DNA of 64,000 bases. Origin: Phycisphaerales bacterium (GTDB lineage Bacteria; Planctomycetota; Phycisphaerae; WQYP01). This document shows positions 18,434 through 28,683 of this stretch, in pieces. The stretch covers positions 118,226 to 182,225 of the forward strand of contig DAIDJN010000056.1 in the NCBI GenBank assembly GCA_027451365.1, read 5' to 3'. A program made the translations under genes and the position numbers. The notes under the pieces are model-generated. The model had not been told where the DNA came from. It was given only the letters and a program-made list of their open reading frames with translations, and searched no databases. Position 1 is the stretch's first letter, and each line of letters begins with the position of its first letter.

Positions 18434-21400
18434 CTATAACTTGCACCGGAAGGAATATGTCCCGGACGGGACTTCAAAACGAATATGGCCATCCCGCGCT
18501 GGCAGTAAATGGAATTGCCGCTGAAAAATATCCGATTCCGCGGAATCGCTTAATCGAATATCCGCGGCGCGCCGCGCCGGCAGAATGATGATGGCCGTAG
18601 TTCCAATCGGTATCTGTACATCCAAAACGAGCCGGCCAGAGGCCGCCTGCCAATGAATCGAAATAGGGCCACATGGAGATTGAAAAGTTCCGCGGCACCA
18701 GCGAACTTCCGGCGTGGGGCGGGGATGAACGACAAATTTCCGCCAGCCCGGCACGGCTTCATCCGGTGTTAAACCGGCCACATAATTCCAAATCCATTCA
18801 CCAATGGAACTCCATGGCCAATGGTTTAAGGAAAGGGTCACCACCTGTCCCTTTTCGTAGGCGTTAAAAGATTCCCAAAATGTTGTACCGATGGAATCCA
18901 CCATATATCCCCATGATGGCCGCGTGATCTGATTGACCATGCGGCTGGCCACATCATGACGACCGAGGCGCGACAGGCATTGCACCAGGGCGCGGGTACT
19001 TAAAAATCCGGTTGTCAGGTGCCCGTGATTATTGGCGATCGCCGCAATCAGATGGTTCATTGCGCCGGTGCGCTGCGGTCCATCCAGCAGATCAAACTCA
19101 AGCGCCAGAGCGTAGCTTCCCTGAGCATTTCCGGGAATAAAGCCATCCGGTTGGACATACCTCGCCACAAAGGCTTTGCGAATGGCGGCAAACAGCGAAC
19201 CATAGCGCGTGGCCTGGGCATTGTCGCCCAATACCCGCGCCGATCGAGCCAGCAGGTCTGTGCTATGGGCAAAATAGGCGGTGGCGGCCAAATCGTTGGG
19301 TGTTACCGGGGTGCCCGCGCTCAGCCAGTCGCCCCAGTCCTGACCACGATTGTTCAACCACAAATGATTCGGGTTATGCCGGGCGACAAAATCCACCCAA
19401 CGCTTCATGGCGGAATAATGCTTTTCCAGAATCGTGATATCACCGGTGGCGCGGAAGACATCCCAACCCATACACAGCGCGCCATCCGCCCAGCCCGGCG
19501 ACCCGGCGGCGATCGTCGTGCCGCGCAACTGTGCATGCGGGCAGATGTCCGTGAATTGACCCGCGGGAAGCTGGGAATCCCGGGTGTCCTGCAGATATTT
19601 GGTAAAAAATGCGGCCCCATCCATATTCAGCATGGCGGTGTTCACGCAGTCGCGTATGTCACCCAGCCACGCCAGGCGTTCCGCGCGTGCCGCACAGCCG
19701 GCGGGAACATCAAACAGCATATTCCACTGTGTCCACCGCGCGGCCATCATTAATTTATTGAACAATGGATTGGAACAGGAAAATGCGCTCACGGTGGACA
19801 GATTATTCCGCACTGGCTGGCCAATCAGTGTGTCGGCTTGGGGCCGCTCCGGCAAACCAGTAATTTCAACATATCTGAATCCATGCCATGTAAAATGCGG
19901 TTCAAACACTTCCCGGCCCGTTCCCGCAAGATACACATCGTCACGTTGAAGCGCGTCCCATAAATTGGCTTTGTCGATCGCTCCATCCGGGGTCAGGCAT
20001 TCGGCATGACGCAGCGTGATATGCGTGCCCGCCGCGCCGGAAGCGGTAAGCCGGCAATGGCCGGAAAATTCCTGGCCAAAATCAAACAGGTAAACCCCGG
20101 GCGAGGTCTCCTTCCGCGCGACCGGGCGCAGCGGCTGCTGGCGGACGGCAGGTGGCGTGCGATGCCAGGCCAGGATCGCCTGATCCAGTGGAATGGCATA
20201 TGCCGCCGCCCACTGGTGGTCATTAAAGGTAGCGGATTGCCAGCCCGGAATCTTCATGCCCAAATCGTGGCATTCGCCGGCCAGCGGATCGCCATAGCGG
20301 ATATGCCCATTCAGCGTGGATTTCCAATGCTTGTCTGTGGTCATGACAACCCGCTGGCCGTTGGTCAGTTCAATTTCCAGTTGTACCAGAAGTTTTGGAA
20401 CGTAGCCGAATATGTAGCACATATCAAAAAGATTCATGTGTCCGGCGTACCAGCCGTAACCGAGTAGCGCGGAAATGGCATTGTCGCCGGGTTCAAGAAG
20501 ATGCGTCACATCGTGAACGTCATACAGGACCCGTTTATCAAATTCGGTGAAACCCGGTGCCAGTCGGCCATTGGAAACAGATTTGCCATTAATGCCAAGT
20601 TCATAAAATCCGCGGGCGGTGGAATAGAGCACAGCGGCGCGTATGGATGTGGGCAGCGAAAATGTCCGCCGCATGCACGCCACCCGTGAGGTGGTCTGTC
20701 CCCACGGCACGCCATCCACCTTTACCACCAGTTCCGCTGGTGTGGCGATATTCCAATGCAGCGGGGAAACAAAATTGTCCAACGGTCGCCACGGGTCGCC
20801 GGGCGCGGCGGGCTGATATCCGACGGAGAACGTTCCGGTTGTCAGATACCGGCTGGATATGTCCTTGGTTTCCACTGAATCCAGACAGGTTACAGCCGCG
20901 CCCTGGGCAATATTGCGTCCCGCGCTGAAAACCTGAAATCCACCCAGCGCAAAAGCCCAGAAGCGACAATCCCAATAGGGCAGACGGGTGACCGTAAGCC
21001 GCACATATCGCGCGGTAACGGGGGGAAAATGGAAGCGAGGTGCCGGAATGACGGGCGGCCGCGGGCTGGGCACATCCGCGCGGGTCTGGTCTACCACGGT
21101 GCGGGCGTCGGAAAAGTTTTTGTGTGTGGCCGCTTCAATGCGGAAGCGGAGCGGATAAAGGAAAGAGGCGTAATCCGATTGCAAAAAGGCGGGGCGCGCA
21201 GGATCCAGCTGCACGCCGTCAATCGACTTGGCCTGACCGAGGTCCAGCACTATCCATTTGGCGGCGTCCGCGCGATCGGCGATTTGGCTGCGGTAACAAT
21301 GAATCGGCACCCGTGGCATATTTTCCACTTTGGCCAGTGTCGAATCGGTCAGCCATTGCGCCTGCCAGTCGGATTGCTGCAACAAACCCATCGTCCAGCG

Positions 21401-21883
21401 GGCGGGCTGACTCCAGTTGGACATCCGCCCGGACTGATCCTTTACGCGAACCCGCCACAGGCAGACCTGCCGTGATAAAAGTGGCTTTCCGCCATAAACA
21501 ATCTGCATATCCGCGTGCGCGGGCAGCAGTCCAGAATCCCATAAATCCGGATTGCCGGATTCGAAAAACTGCGGGTCGGACACCACCTGCACCTGACACG
21601 CGGTTTGGGAAAGCCCCCGCGCAAGTTTATCCGCGCATTCCAACCGCCAGGTCAGCACTGGCGATTGATCATCAACCCCAGCGGGATCCACAAGATGCGC
21701 ACAGCGCAATTCCGTCGGTTTGATCGGCGAAAACAGGTGCCTGACGCGCGCGCGTGGGGATTTGCCGTGCGGACCTGTCGCAAGTCCGGCCCCGGTTGCA
21801 GCGCTTGCCTGCAGTAGTCGGCGACGGGAAATGGTTATTCCACCGGATGGAGAACTGTTTGTTTTCTTCCGCCGCTCATTCAC
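18434..21883 (-). CDS. Tat-exported GH78 alpha-L-rhamnosidase with inserted discoidin/CBM32-like domain
   Basis: SRRRLL Tat motif; FDFGQ, FTWHGFRYVEI, ERLAWLGD, WGDWL, TTFWE, SLNH; WIVLDLG...ARYVRL insert; GTG start at 21883 after GGAG. Confidence 0.9.
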   Translation of the reverse strand: MNERRKKTNSSPSGGITISRRRLLQASAATGAGLATGPHGKSPRARVRHLFSPIKPTELRCAHLVDPAGVDDQSPVLTWRLECADKLARGLSQTACQVQVVSDPQFFESGNPDLWDSGLLPAHADMQIVYGGKPLLSRQVCLWRVRVKDQSGRMSNWSQPARWTMGLLQQSDWQAQWLTDSTLAKVENMPRVPIHCYRSQIADRADAAKWIVLDLGQAKSIDGVQLDPARPAFLQSDYASFLYPLRFRIEAATHKNFSDARTVVDQTRADVPSPRPPVIPAPRFHFPPVTARYVRLTVTRLPYWDCRFWAFALGGFQVFSAGRNIAQGAAVTCLDSVETKDISSRYLTTGTFSVGYQPAAPGDPWRPLDNFVSPLHWNIATPAELVVKVDGVPWGQTTSRVACMRRTFSLPTSIRAAVLYSTARGFYELGINGKSVSNGRLAPGFTEFDKRVLYDVHDVTHLLEPGDNAISALLGYGWYAGHMNLFDMCYIFGYVPKLLVQLEIELTNGQRVVMTTDKHWKSTLNGHIRYGDPLAGECHDLGMKIPGWQSATFNDHQWAAAYAIPLDQAILAWHRTPPAVRQQPLRPVARKETSPGVYLFDFGQEFSGHCRLTASGAAGTHITLRHAECLTPDGAIDKANLWDALQRDDVYLAGTGREVFEPHFTWHGFRYVEITGLPERPQADTLIGQPVRNNLSTVSAFSCSNPLFNKLMMAARWTQWNMLFDVPAGCAARAERLAWLGDIRDCVNTAMLNMDGAAFFTKYLQDTRDSQLPAGQFTDICPHAQLRGTTIAAGSPGWADGALCMGWDVFRATGDITILEKHYSAMKRWVDFVARHNPNHLWLNNRGQDWGDWLSAGTPVTPNDLAATAYFAHSTDLLARSARVLGDNAQATRYGSLFAAIRKAFVARYVQPDGFIPGNAQGSYALALEFDLLDGPQRTGAMNHLIAAIANNHGHLTTGFLSTRALVQCLSRLGRHDVASRMVNQITRPSWGYMVDSIGTTFWESFNAYEKGQVVTLSLNHWPWSSIGEWIWNYVAGLTPDEAVPGWRKFVVHPRPTPEVRWCRGTFQSPCGPISIHWQAASGRLVLDVQIPIGTTAIIILPARRAADIRLSDSAESDIFQRQFHLLPARDGHIRFEVPSGTYSFRCKL

Positions 21884-22149
21884 GTGAATACTCCAAAATC
21901 CGTAAAAATAACTGATCACCGCCCGGAAGCGGATTCAACTCTTGGATATTTCACCGTAGAAGTTAGCATAATGCAGTTTTGAATTATAAAACAGGTCCGT
22001 ACCTGGTATTCTGACGACGAAAGCGATTTTTCCGGCTTTTAGATGCCCGCCCATCCAGTCCGGCAAACAATATAGAACCTTCTACCGCACGGACGAAAAG
22101 TCGGTTAATCTATTGACTGGTATGACACGGCATTTGAAAGGGGTATCAC

Positions 22150-22419
22150 ATGCATCGCATTACGCTGCTGGTAAAACCGAATTGTGACGCCTGTAAAGCG
22201 GTTCGGCGCGTCATTGAACTGGTGGTCACACCGCATGTTCCGGCGGTTATTGAGGAAATTGACATTACCCGCGATCCAGCCCTGCTGGAAAAATACCAGA
22301 ACCGCACCCCGGTGGTGCTGGTGGATGGCGTCGAGAAATTTGCCGGTTCCGTGGATCCGGACAAACTGGCCCAGTTATTTTACGATGAACTTGGCGAAAA
22401 ATTACTGGGTTTTAACTGA
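22150..22419 (+). CDS. Glutaredoxin-like protein (DUF836 type)
   Basis: KPNCDAC CXXC; EEIDIT.D..L.EKY...PVVLVDG. Confidence 0.85.
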   Translation: MHRITLLVKPNCDACKAVRRVIELVVTPHVPAVIEEIDITRDPALLEKYQNRTPVVLVDGVEKFAGSVDPDKLAQLFYDELGEKLLGFN

Positions 22420-22514
22420 ATCGCTGGTTCGCTTTTCGGGCCGGTCCGCCGCGCTGGCAATCCGTTGTCGGGGCCAGAGAGTTCCGGCTGCCCACCCTTG
22501 GAGATATCCCCGCC

Positions 22515-22955
22515 ATGACAGAGCCAATTGATCATGCCCTGAGCCAATATCCCTCCGAAAGCCGCCTGGCCATCCGCGTGCGTTATGTGGAATGCGATCC
22601 AATGGGCTATCTGCATCATTCAAATTATCTGCCGTTTTTTGAAATGGGGCGAACTGAATTGCTCCGTTTGCGCGGCATCAGCTACCGCACTCTGGAACAA
22701 GAGGGCTTCTTCTTTGTCGTGGCGAAAATAAGCGTATCGTTCAAACGCGCCGCCCGTTACGACGACCAGCTTGACCTTTTAACAAGGATTGTGCGTCAGA
22801 CCCATGTCCGCATTGACCACGCCTATGAGATTTACAACACGGCTGATAATCGGCTTTTGTGTACTGCCGAAACCACCATCGCATGCGTGAATCGCCAGGG
22901 GCAGGTCATTGCGATTCCCGCTGGTCTGTCCGGCTCGGCTGGAGCCGCCCCATGA
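22515..22955 (+). CDS. YbgC/4HBT-family acyl-CoA thioesterase
   Basis: VRYVECDPMGYLHHSNYLPFFEMGRTE; ARYDD. Confidence 0.92.
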   Translation: MTEPIDHALSQYPSESRLAIRVRYVECDPMGYLHHSNYLPFFEMGRTELLRLRGISYRTLEQEGFFFVVAKISVSFKRAARYDDQLDLLTRIVRQTHVRIDHAYEIYNTADNRLLCTAETTIACVNRQGQVIAIPAGLSGSAGAAP

Positions 22956-23004
22956 ACCGCGCCAACCGCCCGACTTGTCCAGCCTTGTCCCGCCAAAATG
23001 AATC

Positions 23005-24348
23005 ATGATGGACCATCAATCCAACTTAGCCGCCAAATCAAATGATGGCACGAACCATGCCGATCTGCTGATTCTTGGTGCCGGTGCGGCAGGAATGATG
23101 GCCGCCGTGGCCTGCGCGGAATACCGCCAGAAGTGCAATCTGCCGCCGCGCCGCATTGTGGTCCTCGAGAAAAATCCACGGGCTGGCATTAAGGTGCTCG
23201 TGTGCGGCGGCGGACGCTGCAACCTTACCAACGCGGGCGACCGACAATTTCTGATTACGCAATTCGGCCGCAATGGTCGATTTCTTGCCCCGGCGCTGCA
23301 CCATCTGGATAACGACGGGTTGCGTGCCTGGTTTACCGCCCAGGGTGTGCCCACGCATGAAGAACATGACGGAAAAATTTATCCCGATTCCAATCAGGCC
23401 AGCAGCGTGGTCAATGCCTTGCTTGCCGCCATGCTCCGGCTGGATGTGCAGGTTCAGGCGGGCGCGGCCCATGCCGCCGCCGTCGTGCAGCGCGATGCGG
23501 CCACCGATGAATTTCTGATTGACACTGTCGGTGGAATTCATTGGCGGGCGACCGCGCTGCTGATTGCCGTCGGCGGTCAAAGCTATACCCGCATGGGTAC
23601 CACCGGCGATGGCTATCGTTTCGCAGAGGCCCTTGGACATGTGGTGGTTACGCCTCGGCCCGCAATTGTGCCGCTGTTGTGCAAACAGGCGTGGGTGTGT
23701 GAGCTTCAGGGATTGGCCGTGCCGGATGTGGAAGTACGGATCGAGGCTCCCGGTCCGTTGCCTCGCCTGGCCACCGGTAAGCCGACGCCCAGTGTCAATG
23801 ATCTTTTGTTTACACATTTTGGCCTTTCCGGCCCGGCGGTGCTGAACGTATCGGAAATTATCGCCGAACTGTTGGAAAAATTTTCCGATATGACACTGCG
23901 GATCGATTTCGTCCGGCACCAGACGCGTGAGCAACTCGCCGATCGCATGCGGCACTGGCGCGATGCCCATGGGCGCAAACTGGTCCGGACCATGCTCGGC
24001 GAATGGGTTCCCCAGCGCCTGGCGGATATGTTCTGCCGACTCGCCGGGGTGGAAGAATCGCAAATATGCTCTCAGGTTGCCGCCCAGCATATTCACGCCC
24101 TTCTGGAACTGATCAAAACTTGTCGCGTCACGGTGTATGCCACCCGCGGTTTTAAGGAAGCCATGGTCACAGCGGGCGGCGTCCGGCTGGACCAGGTGAA
24201 TCCCCAAACCATGGAATCCCGCAATTGCCGCCGTCTGTTTCTGGCTGGTGAGGTGTTGGATTTAACCGGTCCCAGCGGCGGATATAATCTGCAACTGGCG
24301 TTTTCCACGGGCCACCTGGCCGGCCAAAGCGCCGCACAAATATTATGA
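23005..24348 (+). CDS. HI0933/YhiN-family flavoprotein oxidoreductase
   Basis: GAGAAGMMAA, GGGRCNLTN, LFTHFGLSGP, VTAGGV, GEVLD..GPSGGYNLQ. Confidence 0.95.
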   Translation: MMDHQSNLAAKSNDGTNHADLLILGAGAAGMMAAVACAEYRQKCNLPPRRIVVLEKNPRAGIKVLVCGGGRCNLTNAGDRQFLITQFGRNGRFLAPALHHLDNDGLRAWFTAQGVPTHEEHDGKIYPDSNQASSVVNALLAAMLRLDVQVQAGAAHAAAVVQRDAATDEFLIDTVGGIHWRATALLIAVGGQSYTRMGTTGDGYRFAEALGHVVVTPRPAIVPLLCKQAWVCELQGLAVPDVEVRIEAPGPLPRLATGKPTPSVNDLLFTHFGLSGPAVLNVSEIIAELLEKFSDMTLRIDFVRHQTREQLADRMRHWRDAHGRKLVRTMLGEWVPQRLADMFCRLAGVEESQICSQVAAQHIHALLELIKTCRVTVYATRGFKEAMVTAGGVRLDQVNPQTMESRNCRRLFLAGEVLDLTGPSGGYNLQLAFSTGHLAGQSAAQIL

Positions 24349-24435
24349 ATCCGCCGCGAAGGGCGGATTCCGGCCAAAGTTGCCCATTTCATGCGGGCGT
24401 TTGAATGAATAGCATCTCGGATTTACACTTCTTTC

Positions 24436-25416
24436 ATGAATCAGGAATCACACACCACGCTCCAGAATGCCGCAATCGCGGAAACGATTGCCATTGTCGG
24501 AGTCGGGTTGCTTGGGGCGTCCCTCGGTCTGGCTGTCAAAAAGGCGGGTCTGTGCGGACGCGTGATCGGCATAGGGCGAGCCGATTCTCCATCGTTGGAA
24601 CAGGCCAAACAGATCGGCGCGATTGATGAAGGCTTTGTGGATCCGGCCGCCGGTGCCGCCACTGCCCAGATTGTCGTGCTGGCCGCAAATGTCGGTCAGT
24701 TTCCAGCGCTCATGGACCAGTTGCGGCCCGCGCTGGCACCAGGCGCTCTGGTAACGGACGTGGGGTCTACCAAAGTGCGGGTCATGCGCTGGGCGGCCCG
24801 TCATTTGCCCGATACGTGTGATTTTATCGGGTCGCATCCGATGGCCGGCTCCGAAAAACGCGGCCCGCTGGCCGCCCGTGCCGACCTTTACCAGAATGCG
24901 CTTTGCCTGCTTTGTGCGCCGGTCGTGCGGGGGCGGGGCAACGCAACGCCTTCGCGCATCAGTGCGGCCATTGCAAAGGCCGACGCTCTCTGGCGAGGAA
25001 TCGGAATGCGCACGCTCCAACTCGACGCCCGCCAGCACGATTCCTGGGTCGCGGCAATCAGCCACCTGCCCCATGCCGTCGCCGTCGCCACTGTGTTGGC
25101 CGCCGCCCGCACGCCCCAGGCGTTTCCCGCCATCGCTGGTGGCTTTATGGATACCACGCGCGTCGCCGGCGGAGACCCGGCCATGTGGGCCGACATTTTT
25201 CTGACCAATCGCGGACCAGCCCGCCGCGAAATAACTGAAATGATCCGGAACCTTAAAAAGTTGCAGTCGGCGATATCCAGCAATGACCGAGCCAGAGTCC
25301 TGGATATTCTCCAACAGGCTCGGACACTGCGCGCGGATATTGCCGCAAGTCGAGCCGCCCTGAACACAAGACCCCCGTCCCCCGTGGAAACTGCCGGCGG
25401 GAGCGGGCATTTATAA
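24436..25416 (+). CDS. tyrA: Prephenate/arogenate dehydrogenase
   Basis: GVGLLGAS, TDVGSTK, HPMAGSE, HD...ISHLPH, DTTRVA. Confidence 0.93.
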   Translation: MNQESHTTLQNAAIAETIAIVGVGLLGASLGLAVKKAGLCGRVIGIGRADSPSLEQAKQIGAIDEGFVDPAAGAATAQIVVLAANVGQFPALMDQLRPALAPGALVTDVGSTKVRVMRWAARHLPDTCDFIGSHPMAGSEKRGPLAARADLYQNALCLLCAPVVRGRGNATPSRISAAIAKADALWRGIGMRTLQLDARQHDSWVAAISHLPHAVAVATVLAAARTPQAFPAIAGGFMDTTRVAGGDPAMWADIFLTNRGPARREITEMIRNLKKLQSAISSNDRARVLDILQQARTLRADIAASRAALNTRPPSPVETAGGSGHL

Positions 25417-25583
25417 CTGGACGATAATCGCGCATAATACCGCCTTGGACCGACGTACGACGGCAGGCTGTCTGTCGCCGAAGCGCGCGATGTGAAGGGT
25501 CGCGCGTTCGAACGGAAGCGGGCGTCAAAGGATAGATGCGACCGGCCGAAAAAATGCCGGGCCAGCGTTCGGAGCTTTATTGC

Positions 25584-28559
25584 ATGGCAGTTTTTCGTGT
25601 TGAAATTCACCCCCGGAACCCCGCCGACGATCCGGCGGGTGCCGCCCTGATGAGCGAAATTCGCCAATTGGGCATTGCCGATGTCCAGCAGGTGCGTACG
25701 GCGCGGCTCTTTTTGTTGCAGGCCTCCGGACTGCCTGGCGAAAATAACGGGACGCTTTGCGAATCGCGGGTGCAGCTCATTGCCGATGAACTGCTCGCGG
25801 ACCCGGTGACCGAGCGGTTTGTGATCGGTGCGGCCCCGGTGACCGATGGCCGCCTTGTGGAAGTGCATTTAAAACCCGGAGTGATGGACCCGGTGGCGGC
25901 CAGCACGGAACTGGCCATTGCCGACCTTCTGGGTGTGCCACGGGGTGAAAAAACATTGCCCGCCGAAGTGCGCACCGGCCGACAATATATACTCTCTGGA
26001 ACGCTATCTTCGCAGGTCGCAGCCGACCTCGCCCATCGCCTGATGGCCAATGACAGCATTGAAGAAATTCATTTTTCCCCCTTTTTGCCTGCGGAATTTC
26101 CCCGCGGCCGTGAATATGCGTTCAAGCGCGTGGAGGTCGCTATTCGGAATCTTTCAACCGATGAACTCGCGCAGCTTTCGCGGCGCGGACATCTGTTTCT
26201 GGATACAGCCGAAATGCATGCGATTCAGGATTATTTCCGCCAGCAGGGCCGCGACCCGACCGATGTGGAACTTGAAACTCTCGCCCAGACCTGGAGTGAG
26301 CATTGTGTGCACAAAACACTTAAGGCCAGAGTGCATTTCACCCATCATCCGGCACAAACCGATAACTCCGGCCATGAACACCATGCTCCTGGCGACCATG
26401 CCGAAACCATTGATAATCTGGTCAAGTCCACCATTTTCCGCGCCACAAGTGAATTGGGGCTGGATTGGACCCTGAGCGTATTCAAGGACAACGCCGGCGT
26501 TATCGCCCTGGACGACACCCACGCCGTCTGCATGAAAGTGGAAACCCACAACCGCCCTTCGGCCATTGAGCCTTACGGCGGGGCGGCCACGGGAATTGGT
26601 GGCTGCATTCGCGATGTGATAGGTACCGGCGGGGGGGCCAAACCGTTCGCGTCAACCGATGTATTCTGCTTTGCCGACCCGCGAACCCCCCAGGAAAAAG
26701 TGCCCGCCGGCGTCATTCACCCGCGGCGCACCGCCCAGCGCGTGGTGGCCGGTGTGCGCGATTACGGAAACCGCATGGGTATTCCAACGGTAAATGGCGC
26801 GGTTTATTTTGACCCGCGCTATATCGGTAATCCGCTGGTATTTTGCGGTGCTGTCGGATTACTGCCGCGATCCATGGCGCAAAAAGGGGAAGCCCGACCC
26901 GGTGATCGTATTGTTCTAATTGGCGGACGGACCGGCCGCGATGGCATTCACGGGGCCACATTTTCCAGCGACGTCCTGACCGACAAACATGGCGACGAAT
27001 TCAGCCACGCCGTCCAGATCGGCAACGCCATTACGGAAAAGAAAATGCTGGATGTTATTCTGCAGGCGCGCGATTATCCAGACGGTCCACTGTTTGTCGC
27101 CATGACCGACTGCGGTGCCGGCGGTCTTTCCAGCGCTATTGGGGAAATGGCCGGCCAAACCGGTGCGACCGTGGAACTGGACCGGGCACCTTTGAAATAC
27201 CAGGGCCTCAACTATGCGGAAATCTGGATCAGCGAAGCCCAGGAACGCATGGTGTTGGCGGTTCCACCGGAAAAAGTTCAGACGCTGCTCAACCTGGCTG
27301 CCGGCGAAGATGTCGAAGCTGTGGATATCGGCCTGTTTGACGGCACTGGTCGCCTGACCCTGCACTATCAGGGACATAGCGTCGCCTCCATGGATATGGC
27401 CTTTATTCATGACGGTCTGCCCCGCCCGACGCGTACCGCCGTCTGGCAGGAGCCGGTGCTGGCGGATCCGGTGCTTTCGCCGCCCGATAATTATGCCCAG
27501 GTTCTCGAATCGCTGTTTTCGATGCCAACTCTGGCCAGCAAGCACTGGATCATCCGCCAGTACGATCATGAAGTGCAGGGGGGTACAGTCGTGAAGCCTC
27601 TGGTTGGCCCGCAGGGCGATGGTCCCGGCGATGGCGCCGTGCTTTGTCCCGTGCCCGGAAACGTGCGCGGTGTAGCGCTGGCGGTGGGTTGTCAGCCCCG
27701 TTTTGGCGATATAGACCCATATCAGATGGCCCTTAATGGCATGGATGAAGCGATTCGCAATGTCGTGTGTGTCGGCGGAGATCCCAGTCACACCGCCGTG
27801 CTGGATAATTTCTGCTGGCCCAAATGCTCCGATCCCATGCATCTTGGCGCGCTGGTGCGCGCCTGCCAGGCCTGTTATGACGGGGCAATGGCATTCCGAA
27901 CGCCATTTATTTCCGGAAAAGATTCCCTTTCCAACGAATTTATAACCGATACGGGTCGCCGGATATGTATTCCATATACGCTCCTTATCAGTGCGATCAG
28001 CATTGTGCCTGACATCCGCCGCTGTATCACCATGGACGCCAAAACTCCGGGCAATCATCTGATTATTGTCGGGAATACCGCACGCGAGCTTGGCGCGTCG
28101 CATTACTGGTCTTTGCGGGGTCACACCGGTCGGTCGGTACCCGTGGTGAATCTGCGGAACGCGCCGCGCGTTCATGCGGCGGTCGCTGGTTTAATATCCG
28201 GCGGGCTGATTGCCTCCGCCCATGACCTTTCAGAGGGTGGTCTGGCTGTCGCTGTGGCGGAAATGCTTTTCGCCGGGCGGCTGGGCGCAACAATTGACCT
28301 CGCCGCCGTGCCCTGCACCGAGGGGGCGGACAGCGATGAAGTGCTGCTGTTTGCCGAATCCGCTACCCGGTACATTCTGGAAGTGACACCCGAAAACTTT
28401 GATGCCGTGGTCAAGGCATTACGCGGTTTGCGTTTTGGCCTGCTTGGCCAGGTCACGCAAAAGCCGAATCTGGTCATTCGTTCCGCCCGTGCCGGATTTC
28501 TGATCGATGAACCCGTCGAACGCTTCCGTCAGGCGTGGATCAAACCATTGGACTGGTAA
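25584..28559 (+). CDS. purL: Phosphoribosylformylglycinamidine synthase subunit PurL with N-terminal PurS-like domains (no PurQ domain)
   Basis: QTWSEHCVHK, KVETHNRPSAIEPYGGAATG, RDGIHGATFSS, DCGAGG, SEAQERM, ISGKDSL, HDLSEGG; N-terminal DPV and KPGVMDP PurS-like motifs. Confidence 0.96.
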   Translation: MAVFRVEIHPRNPADDPAGAALMSEIRQLGIADVQQVRTARLFLLQASGLPGENNGTLCESRVQLIADELLADPVTERFVIGAAPVTDGRLVEVHLKPGVMDPVAASTELAIADLLGVPRGEKTLPAEVRTGRQYILSGTLSSQVAADLAHRLMANDSIEEIHFSPFLPAEFPRGREYAFKRVEVAIRNLSTDELAQLSRRGHLFLDTAEMHAIQDYFRQQGRDPTDVELETLAQTWSEHCVHKTLKARVHFTHHPAQTDNSGHEHHAPGDHAETIDNLVKSTIFRATSELGLDWTLSVFKDNAGVIALDDTHAVCMKVETHNRPSAIEPYGGAATGIGGCIRDVIGTGGGAKPFASTDVFCFADPRTPQEKVPAGVIHPRRTAQRVVAGVRDYGNRMGIPTVNGAVYFDPRYIGNPLVFCGAVGLLPRSMAQKGEARPGDRIVLIGGRTGRDGIHGATFSSDVLTDKHGDEFSHAVQIGNAITEKKMLDVILQARDYPDGPLFVAMTDCGAGGLSSAIGEMAGQTGATVELDRAPLKYQGLNYAEIWISEAQERMVLAVPPEKVQTLLNLAAGEDVEAVDIGLFDGTGRLTLHYQGHSVASMDMAFIHDGLPRPTRTAVWQEPVLADPVLSPPDNYAQVLESLFSMPTLASKHWIIRQYDHEVQGGTVVKPLVGPQGDGPGDGAVLCPVPGNVRGVALAVGCQPRFGDIDPYQMALNGMDEAIRNVVCVGGDPSHTAVLDNFCWPKCSDPMHLGALVRACQACYDGAMAFRTPFISGKDSLSNEFITDTGRRICIPYTLLISAISIVPDIRRCITMDAKTPGNHLIIVGNTARELGASHYWSLRGHTGRSVPVVNLRNAPRVHAAVAGLISGGLIASAHDLSEGGLAVAVAEMLFAGRLGATIDLAAVPCTEGADSDEVLLFAESATRYILEVTPENFDAVVKALRGLRFGLLGQVTQKPNLVIRSARAGFLIDEPVERFRQAWIKPLDW

Positions 28560-28683
28560 ACCGGATTGGCTCAACGGCTGGGTAAACTGAACCGGCAAAC
28601 CCGCGCGGCACCCGCCGCTCGATATCCTTCGGTTGGCCGCCAGCCAGCGCCGCTTTGCGACATCACCACCGTTCCGCCGCTGT

